Virus record (IMG/VR): IMGVR_UViG_3300013116_000108
Span: 1 to 64,000 of that record
DNA: 64,000 bases
Strand: one strand, 5' to 3'
Part shown: piece by piece, positions 57,444 to 64,000 of the stretch
How the letters are laid out: every line of letters starts with the position of its first letter
Numbering within the stretch: the first letter of the stretch is position 1
Program-made: the position numbers and the translations under genes
Notes under the pieces: model-generated
What the model was told of the DNA's origin: nothing
The model's input: only the letters and a program-made list of their open reading frames with translations
Databases searched by the model: none

Positions 57444-59777
57444 TTAAATAGCACAAGATTCACAATATTCGTCATATTCGGCGTCACTGCTGAACTCATT
57501 CCTCTCTAGCATTGTAACTTCTTCAGCCTCATTGACCATGTCTTTGATTTCAATTTCGCCAGCACCGTCATAAGTGTTAAAGTAGTATAATTGCTTTCCG
57601 CCGTACTTGTAAAAAGTTAATAAATGTCCAAGCATAGTACTCATTGGAATTTTTTCATCTTCATGATGTACTGGATTATAACTTGTATTAACACTAATAC
57701 CTTGGTCAATATACTTTTGTAATATTGCCATAATCTTAATATAACCCTCAGGAGACTTTTGATCCCAAAGTAATTCATACTTGTTTTTTAATTGGTGTAT
57801 ACCTGGTACTACTTGTTTTAATACACCGTGCTTACTTTGTTTAACACTAACAAGACTACGAGGAGGTTCAATGCCATTAGTACTGTTACTAATTTGTGCT
57901 GATGTTTCAGCAGGCATAAGTGCCATTAGTGTTGAGTTTTTAATACCAGTTTCTTTAAGTTGCTTTCTTAAACTTGTCCATGCCATACGTTCTTTGTGTG
58001 GAACTAATTCATCGACATCTTTTTTATATGTGTCAATAGGTAGCAATCCTTCTCCGTATTTTGTTTCGTTAGTACCCGGACAAGCACCTTGCTCTACAGC
58101 CAAATCGGCACTTGCTTTAATTAAGTAATAACTCCATGCTTCTGCCCATCTATCAATTAATTCTAGATTAGGCTCACTGTATGTCATATTATTTTTGGCC
58201 ATCCAATAAGCAAGATTAATAATACCAACACCTAATGGGCGTCTTTTCATTGTACTATTTTCTGCCGCTTTAACAGGATAATTTTGATAATCTAATAAAG
58301 CATCTAATCCTCTTACTGCTAATTCACAAGGCATTTGAAAATCTCTAGGATCTTTTATATTGCCCCAATTAATTGCGGAAAGAGTACATAAAGCAATTTC
58401 ACCTTCCTCGTCACTAAAATCATTTAGTGGTTTAGTAGGTAAGTCAATTTCACAACATAAATTACTTTGCTTGATAGGTGCGACATCTTGTTTAAATGCT
58501 CCATGCTCGTTAGCATTGTCAACATTCATTAAATAAATTCTGCCTGTGTTTTTACGTTCTTCCATAAAATCACCAAACAATTTAGAAGCGGGAATAGATT
58601 TTTTACGAATTTTAGTAGACCTTTCTGCTCGTTCATACAGTTCTTTGAACTTGTCTTGATCGGCAAAAAATGAATCATAAAGCCCTGGAACATCGTGTGG
58701 GCTGAACAACGTAATGTTACCACCTTCGATTAATCTTTCGTACATAAGTTTATTAAACTGTACACCATAATCCATGTGTCTAACACGGTTGTCTTCTGTT
58801 CCTTTATTGTTCTTTAATACTAATAAATCTTCAATCTCGTAATGCCAAACAGGATAATAAAGAGTGGCGGCACCATTTCTTACTCCGCCTTGACTACAAC
58901 TCCTTGTCGCCGCTTGAAACATTTTATAAAAAGGAACGACACCTGTATGATAAGCATCGCCCTTTCTAATTGGTGACCCTAAAGCACGAATAGAACCTGC
59001 GCCAATCCCGATACCTGCCTTTTGACTAACGTACTTTACAATACTACTTGTTGTAGCGTTAATCGAATCTAGGCTATCACCTGTTTCAATAAGAACACAA
59101 CTACTAAATTGTCTTTGTGGTGTTCTAACTCCTGCCATAACTGGCGTAGGTAAACTTAAATCAAAATTGCTAATAGCATCATAATAATTTTTTACCCATC
59201 TTAATCTTGTTTCTTTAGGATACTTGCTAAACAAAGTTGCGGCAATTAGCATATAAGTCATTTGAGGTGTTTCTTTAAGTTCCCCAGTAACTCTATTTTG
59301 TACTAGGTACTTTCCTCTAAACTGCTCCATTGCGGCATAAGTTAAATTTTCATCGCGGTCGTGTTTGATGAAACTGTTAAGTTTATCCCACTCGTTTTCT
59401 GTGTATGTTTCTAATAATTCTTTATCGTAATATTCTTCAGCAACATTTTTCTTAACTAGATCTAAAATGTGCCATGGTTCAAACTGTCCGTAAACCATCT
59501 TTCTTAAATGATATGATATTAATCTTCCTCCAACGTATTGATAGTTGGGCGTATTTTCACTAATTAAATCTGCGGCGCTTTTAATTAATGTTTCTTGAAT
59601 TTCTGATGTTGTCATTCCGTCGAAAAAACTTAAATGACTATTAATTTCTACTTGACTAGCACTTACGTTTGCTAATCCTTCACAAGCAAAAAATACAACC
59701 TTATGCATCTTTTCTAGATCTAAAGGTTCGTTGACTCCGTCTCTTTTTTTAATTTGAATTTGTTTTACTGCCACCAT
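57444..59777 (-). CDS. nrdA: Class Ia ribonucleotide reductase alpha subunit with ATP cone
   Basis: KKRDG ATP cone, PTPVM, FSSC, SNLCCE, MPAETS, C-terminal CESC; start moved to MVAVK. Confidence 0.97.
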   Translation of the reverse strand: MVAVKQIQIKKRDGVNEPLDLEKMHKVVFFACEGLANVSASQVEINSHLSFFDGMTTSEIQETLIKSAADLISENTPNYQYVGGRLISYHLRKMVYGQFEPWHILDLVKKNVAEEYYDKELLETYTENEWDKLNSFIKHDRDENLTYAAMEQFRGKYLVQNRVTGELKETPQMTYMLIAATLFSKYPKETRLRWVKNYYDAISNFDLSLPTPVMAGVRTPQRQFSSCVLIETGDSLDSINATTSSIVKYVSQKAGIGIGAGSIRALGSPIRKGDAYHTGVVPFYKMFQAATRSCSQGGVRNGAATLYYPVWHYEIEDLLVLKNNKGTEDNRVRHMDYGVQFNKLMYERLIEGGNITLFSPHDVPGLYDSFFADQDKFKELYERAERSTKIRKKSIPASKLFGDFMEERKNTGRIYLMNVDNANEHGAFKQDVAPIKQSNLCCEIDLPTKPLNDFSDEEGEIALCTLSAINWGNIKDPRDFQMPCELAVRGLDALLDYQNYPVKAAENSTMKRRPLGVGIINLAYWMAKNNMTYSEPNLELIDRWAEAWSYYLIKASADLAVEQGACPGTNETKYGEGLLPIDTYKKDVDELVPHKERMAWTSLRKQLKETGIKNSTLMALMPAETSAQISNSTNGIEPPRSLVSVKQSKHGVLKQVVPGIHQLKNKYELLWDQKSPEGYIKIMAILQKYIDQGISVNTSYNPVHHEDEKIPMSTMLGHLLTFYKYGGKQLYYFNTYDGAGEIEIKDMVNEAEEVTMLERNEFSSDAEYDEYCESCAI

Positions 59778-59811
59778 ATTCCCTACTTTCGTTTGATATT
59801 CACTATTTTCT

Positions 59812-60264
59812 TTATAAGTACGTCTCTGTTCTAAGTTCAACATAATTGTATCTCCAAATTCTACTATTGGAACTATTTTCTACTACTGAAGTATTTACAA
59901 CGTCGCCATTACTCCAATTAAGAGTATATTTGTTGTAGACATCAACAGTAGGGGTTAATGTTGAACTTTCTTTATTGTTATATATTACTACATCTAGGTC
60001 CCGTTTGTCAAATCTATTTGTCAAAAAAAGTGTATAATATATTCCTAATGTTTTCCCTACGTCATCAAAAGCATGGTATGACATTAAGTCCCAAGGCTGA
60101 GGCCAAGTGTCCGGCAAATCGTAAGCCAAATGTGGCATGGCTATTGGTGCCATTGCCCACAAAGTCGCTGTGCGATTTAGTATAACATCTCTATCCAGCC
60201 AAGAAACTTCTAGGCGAAAATTACGCCATGCTCTGACTTTCTCTTGATACGAAAGGTCAAACAT
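59812..60264 (-). CDS. Hypothetical phage protein
   Basis: WPQPWDL motif. Confidence 0.65.
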   Translation of the reverse strand: MFDLSYQEKVRAWRNFRLEVSWLDRDVILNRTATLWAMAPIAMPHLAYDLPDTWPQPWDLMSYHAFDDVGKTLGIYYTLFLTNRFDKRDLDVVIYNNKESSTLTPTVDVYNKYTLNWSNGDVVNTSVVENSSNSRIWRYNYVELRTETYL

Positions 60265-60279
60265 TCTTTGTATATGTAA

Positions 60280-61839
60280 TTAGTAATTTTGTTCTATTTT
60301 ATAATAGAAATCGGCAGTACTGCCCTGATTGTTTGTTGTATAAAATAATTTTGTATCACTTCCGCTTCTATCTAATGTAAAAGTAACACCTACATCTGCT
60401 TCTTCAACAAAATCATCCTCAATAGAACTATCTGCGGTTGTATTGGTTATCCACATATTACCATTTCTCATACGAGCGCCTCTGCTAATACTATAGGATA
60501 TTTTTATACCTGTGTCTGCTTGTCTGTCTAAAGAAATACCAGTTGTTATTGCTGAAGTTTGATTATCTGCTAACACAATTTTTTTACCAGCAAATTCTTT
60601 TGAATATCCGTATCCAATAAAGTTATCTGCTAACGTTGAATAAACTTCATTACCATTATGTTCTACCCTAGGAAACGTTTTAGCATCAGCATCATTTCTA
60701 TCAAACCAATCACCAAAAGCACCATTGCCGTTTTGACTAAATTCAATAACAGGTACTATAGGATTTCCTGCTCCTACATTATTTGTACCACAATCTAAAT
60801 AAGTGTTAAATGCTGACGTAACTGCTTTGCCATTAAAAATGTAAAGAGCTCTGCCTGTAATTTTATCAAATTGTGAATTTTGTACTCTTAACCCTTTAGG
60901 ATATTGCCCACTAGCAATATTTTCACCTATTCTAAATCCTTCATACAAATAAGAGAAAGAACAAGAATCAAATACAACGTTTGTATGTGCTACATCTGAA
61001 ATAACACCTATGTCATTAAATGTAAAATCACACCCGTCAAATACAACATGACTTGTAACATGTGTATTAGTTTGATCTATTTTAACACAAGAATATTTGT
61101 TGCCTAATAATGTTGGAACTGCTGACAGCCTTCCTTTAAATCCTACATTATTAAATCTCACTTCGTTACATTGTTCAACAAGAGCAACGTCATGCCCTGT
61201 TGTATTCCATAATGTTATTCCTGTAACTGTAATGTATCTAGGTGTTATTGCTGTGCCTGTACCAATACTAGAAGATACATTTTGATCACTGTCTGCTGTT
61301 CTAAGAACTGTTTTGCCGCCTGCTGTTTGTTGTTTAAGGATAGTTTTTTCTTGGCCAGCACCTATCATATGAGCGTATGGTGGAACTTTTAATTCGTCTG
61401 AATTTAATAAGTAAGTTCCTGGTGGGAAATACAATATTCTTCTTGTAATTGTACTTGTATCTTGTACACAATACAATTGGTATAAAGCATTATTAATAGC
61501 CACTGTATCATCTGTAGCACCGTCTCCTTTGGCACCAAAGTCTAATACACTAACTAGTTCGTCTAGTTTTGCTTGTAGACTTCTTGCTGATGTGCTACCT
61601 GCTGTGTAACCTGCTCTAGCACCTTTATAAGTGTAACTACTAGCACCTTCTAAAATATTACTATGTTCAGTTAATACTTCAGTATTACCTATAGTTGGTG
61701 CTCCTTCTACAGTAGAACCGTTACCTATATAAAGTTTACGTTGATTTATAACCCAGCCTAACTCTGCTGATGATAGTTGAGGTAAGTCGTCACTTAACCC
61801 TCGTCTGTGTTGGATTCTAGATATTTGAACTACAGCCAT
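60280..61839 (-). CDS. Virion tail/baseplate protein with pectate-lyase-like beta-helix
   Basis: MAVVQISRIQHRRG..LPQL..AELGW....LYIGNG; SVLDFGAKGDG.TDDT.AI; YFPPGTY. Confidence 0.75.
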   Translation of the reverse strand: MAVVQISRIQHRRGLSDDLPQLSSAELGWVINQRKLYIGNGSTVEGAPTIGNTEVLTEHSNILEGASSYTYKGARAGYTAGSTSARSLQAKLDELVSVLDFGAKGDGATDDTVAINNALYQLYCVQDTSTITRRILYFPPGTYLLNSDELKVPPYAHMIGAGQEKTILKQQTAGGKTVLRTADSDQNVSSSIGTGTAITPRYITVTGITLWNTTGHDVALVEQCNEVRFNNVGFKGRLSAVPTLLGNKYSCVKIDQTNTHVTSHVVFDGCDFTFNDIGVISDVAHTNVVFDSCSFSYLYEGFRIGENIASGQYPKGLRVQNSQFDKITGRALYIFNGKAVTSAFNTYLDCGTNNVGAGNPIVPVIEFSQNGNGAFGDWFDRNDADAKTFPRVEHNGNEVYSTLADNFIGYGYSKEFAGKKIVLADNQTSAITTGISLDRQADTGIKISYSISRGARMRNGNMWITNTTADSSIEDDFVEEADVGVTFTLDRSGSDTKLFYTTNNQGSTADFYYKIEQNY

Positions 61840-61865
61840 TTTTAAAACTCCTTATATAGAAGTAT

Positions 61866-62549
61866 TTATGCTGATTGACGATAGTATGTTTGGACTCTGT
61901 TTAACCAATGTTCAGTAAAAAGTTCAAATTCCTCACCTTTTAGCACCCATTTTTGGAATTCAAAGTCTTTGCTACACATTAAAATAACACCTTGTTTAAT
62001 GTTAGTTTCGTATACTTCATTGTGTGCTAAGGCATAGGCTACTAACTGTGTTTTATAATCATCTACCCATTCGTCTTTTTTAGGTTTATTTGTTTGTTTA
62101 AAATCAATAATACTAGGTTCGCCGTTAAAAACACCTACAGCATCAGTTGTACCAGCATATAATTCTGGGAAATACATAGGAACTTCTGTTCCCCATATTT
62201 CATCAACATCACACATACCTTCATCAATAATAACTTGTGCCATTTTATTTGCTTGTTGGCTAAATGGATTAGATCCAGGAGAATTTAATACACTTTCAAT
62301 ACAATAATCTTCTAGGTATTTGTGCATCCTAGTACCGCGTCCTGCCGCCTCAGTAACAATTTCTTGTGCTTTTGCTTCACCTACACGTTTTTTCCAATTA
62401 GCAAGTGCTTGACGCTTTTCCTCGCTTTTAGTTTTATCAAGTATAGTCGTAACACTAGGAACGGCTGTGCCGTTAGGAGTCGTGTAAAGGCGTTTGCCTT
62501 CAACACTATTTCGTTTTAATTGAGTGTATTGGAACTTTTCTGTGATCAT
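61866..62549 (-). CDS. PD-(D/E)XK exonuclease (Cas4/MGME1-like)
   Basis: PSVTTIL, RGTRMH, E.P, AGTTD, IIDFK, QLVAY. Confidence 0.88.
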   Translation of the reverse strand: MITEKFQYTQLKRNSVEGKRLYTTPNGTAVPSVTTILDKTKSEEKRQALANWKKRVGEAKAQEIVTEAAGRGTRMHKYLEDYCIESVLNSPGSNPFSQQANKMAQVIIDEGMCDVDEIWGTEVPMYFPELYAGTTDAVGVFNGEPSIIDFKQTNKPKKDEWVDDYKTQLVAYALAHNEVYETNIKQGVILMCSKDFEFQKWVLKGEEFELFTEHWLNRVQTYYRQSA

Positions 62550-62555
62550 TTACAA

Positions 62556-62584
62556 AGTATAACAGGTTTACAACCTGCTGTCAA
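62556..62584 (-). promoter_or_regulatory. Sigma70-type promoter
   Basis: TTGACA-N17-TATACT. Confidence 0.85.
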
Positions 62585-62601
62585 GTCTATTTGACTTTAA
62601 T

Positions 62602-63060
62602 TTACCACTTACGACAACTCCAGTACCTTGCTTTTGTCTTAGGTCCTGGATTATCACAGTTATGCCTTGCTCTAAATGATTTTCTTGCTTTAGGATTATT
62701 CTTTCTAATTTTCATAGCCTTGCCCTTAACACTAGAACCGCCATGACCAAAGTTTACTTTTTTAACATTTCCTGTTTTAGGATCTTTAACATAAACTTTA
62801 AATTTCTTAACGTCACCTTGCATTGGCTTGTTAAGTTTTACTTTACGACCTTGATACTCTGCTTCAAACGTATCACTTTCATCAATACTATAACCTAAGT
62901 ATCCGTAGTCTTCAAAAAATTCGTTATCACTATCGTATGAATATTCAGTTTCGCTAACTTTTACACAGTTATTAACACGTTTACCTTTGTTTTTTCCTGT
63001 GCCGGGTTTAGTTCCTTGTTTTTTGTAACCATCCCAACAATCTATTTCACTTATTCTCAT
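62602..63060 (-). CDS. Probable head-associated protein (basic modules split by an acidic spacer)
   Basis: CWDGY..NNCV, KKVNFG, RKSFRARHNC..YWSC motifs typical of marine T4-like phages. Confidence 0.65.
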   Translation of the reverse strand: MRISEIDCWDGYKKQGTKPGTGKNKGKRVNNCVKVSETEYSYDSDNEFFEDYGYLGYSIDESDTFEAEYQGRKVKLNKPMQGDVKKFKVYVKDPKTGNVKKVNFGHGGSSVKGKAMKIRKNNPKARKSFRARHNCDNPGPKTKARYWSCRKW

Positions 63061-63064
63061 AAAT

Positions 63065-63397
63065 TTACCTTCTTTTGTTTAATGCTCGTTTGGCCATATC
63101 ATCTACTTTTTTATCAGCATCTATTTCTGGCTCTTCAGCGTCGATTGAATCATTGTCTATTTCATCAGGGGATTTTAGTATAATACTATCCTGATTTATG
63201 TCAGCGATAAGGTTTTGTAAATTAGGATTTTCGTCGTATGCTTTTTTAATAGCAGGATAACTTAAAGGTATTCCCATTTTTTGACCCATAGCAATAAAGG
63301 CCTTCATAGGCATTTCTTTGTTGTCACCTTCTATTTTGTTGGCTAGGAAAGCCATTAATGAAGATAATTTAGTAGGAGCAAACTCAACGAGTCGCAT
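63065..63397 (-). CDS. Hypothetical late protein
   Basis: MRLVEF start; acidic tail. Confidence 0.65.
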   Translation of the reverse strand: MRLVEFAPTKLSSLMAFLANKIEGDNKEMPMKAFIAMGQKMGIPLSYPAIKKAYDENPNLQNLIADINQDSIILKSPDEIDNDSIDAEEPEIDADKKVDDMAKRALNKRR

Positions 63398-63981
63398 TAG
63401 CGTTCCTCTCTGTCTAACCCCGGTTCACCTTCAGTTCCGCCTTCTGGAGCATCTAAGTCCATAGCAGGAATTTCAGCATCTAAATCTAAATCGCCTGCTG
63501 GTTCCATAGCATCAGCACCATCTTCAGGTTCAGCACCTAAGTCAATACCTGTTTCTTCACCAGTTAACATTCTAGCGGCACTATCCATTCCACTTCTTGC
63601 TGATTCAACAGCACTTAAACAAGTTTCAATTGTTCCTTTAGCGGCATTTGAGAATCCATCTGCTTTATCTTGGCCCATTTCATCTCTAATAGCATCTACT
63701 AATGGTGGAAGGTTTTCATTTTGTAATTCGCCTAGTTGCTCTTGCATTTTTTGAAGTTGGTCAACCATATCTTTAGCGGCTAATACTAATTCTGCTGATT
63801 CCATTTCGCCTTCTTTTAAAATGCCTTCTTTAATTTTTAACATTCTTTTACTTCTTTTATCTAACTGTTGCATTATTCTAACGTTAGATAAACTTGCTGA
63901 CATAACGTTTTCTAGTAAGTCTAGTAATGGAACTAGACCTTCCATAAAGTTTGCCGGAACGCTTTTACCTGCTTTTGCCAT
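63397..63981 (-). CDS. Hypothetical late protein with acidic low-complexity tail
   Basis: LNESE-like segment KEGEMESAELVLAAKDMVD; start uncertain. Confidence 0.6.
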   Translation of the reverse strand: MAKAGKSVPANFMEGLVPLLDLLENVMSASLSNVRIMQQLDKRSKRMLKIKEGILKEGEMESAELVLAAKDMVDQLQKMQEQLGELQNENLPPLVDAIRDEMGQDKADGFSNAAKGTIETCLSAVESARSGMDSAARMLTGEETGIDLGAEPEDGADAMEPAGDLDLDAEIPAMDLDAPEGGTEGEPGLDREER

Positions 63982-64000
63982 CTTAAGGGCATTTATGGCT

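Noticed and set aside
56261-59777. Intron, intein or homing endonuclease in nrdA/nrdB
   Set aside because: Both have normal length and continuous motifs
225-62519. Numerous short ORFs antisense to long genes (e.g. 9717-10190, 20550-21245, 32836-33282, 57781-58128)
   Set aside because: Shadow ORFs from codon bias on the opposite strand of well-supported genes
1-64000. CRISPR array, IS element, integrase
   Set aside because: No regularly spaced direct repeats, transposase or recombinase motifs seen; the Cas4-like exonuclease is a standalone phage nuclease
1-64000. Stop-codon recoding (alternative genetic code) as in some jumbo phages
   Set aside because: Genes are full length under the standard code; TAG and TGA act as normal stops and no suppressor tRNA is seen

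Overview
A 64 kb, AT-rich (roughly one-third GC by eye), densely coding segment of a large T4-like tailed-phage (Caudoviricetes, probably jumbo-class myovirus) genome. Translation works with the standard bacterial code. Genes run on + up to about 18.5 kb and almost entirely on - after that. Phage core genes include a T4-type RNase H, DnaB-like helicase, primase, NrdA/NrdB/glutaredoxin, exonucleases, MoxR-vWA pair and virion proteins, together with near-consensus sigma70 promoters and T4-late-type (A)TAAATA motifs. The host is probably a marine alphaproteobacterium; this is inferred from the permuted two-piece tmRNA, ROSE-like thermometer, porin and curli cluster. The accessory load is very rich. 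(1) A dispersed protein-tagging and degradation toolkit: ClpP, ClpX, ClpS, an ATE/Bpt-like aminoacyl-tRNA-protein transferase, Hsp20, and a two-piece tmRNA with tag ANDNVFHEDFALAA. (2) A csgF-csgG-curlin-FecR-curlin-CHASE2 adenylate cyclase operon. (3) Three paralogous amidinotransferases, a SpeD-like decarboxylase and a saccharopine-dehydrogenase-like enzyme. (4) QueC/D/E-like genes, GMP reductase, a PRTase, bS21, UvsE, a porin and a lipoprotein autotransporter subtilase. Sequence-level signals include a candidate programmed -1 frameshift (A9 run with an upstream SD-like element), a speD stop codon that shares its last base with G1 of tRNA-Ala, a ROSE-like element before hsp20, and apparent window-wide avoidance of GCWGC. 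All family calls are by motif recognition; no database searches were run.
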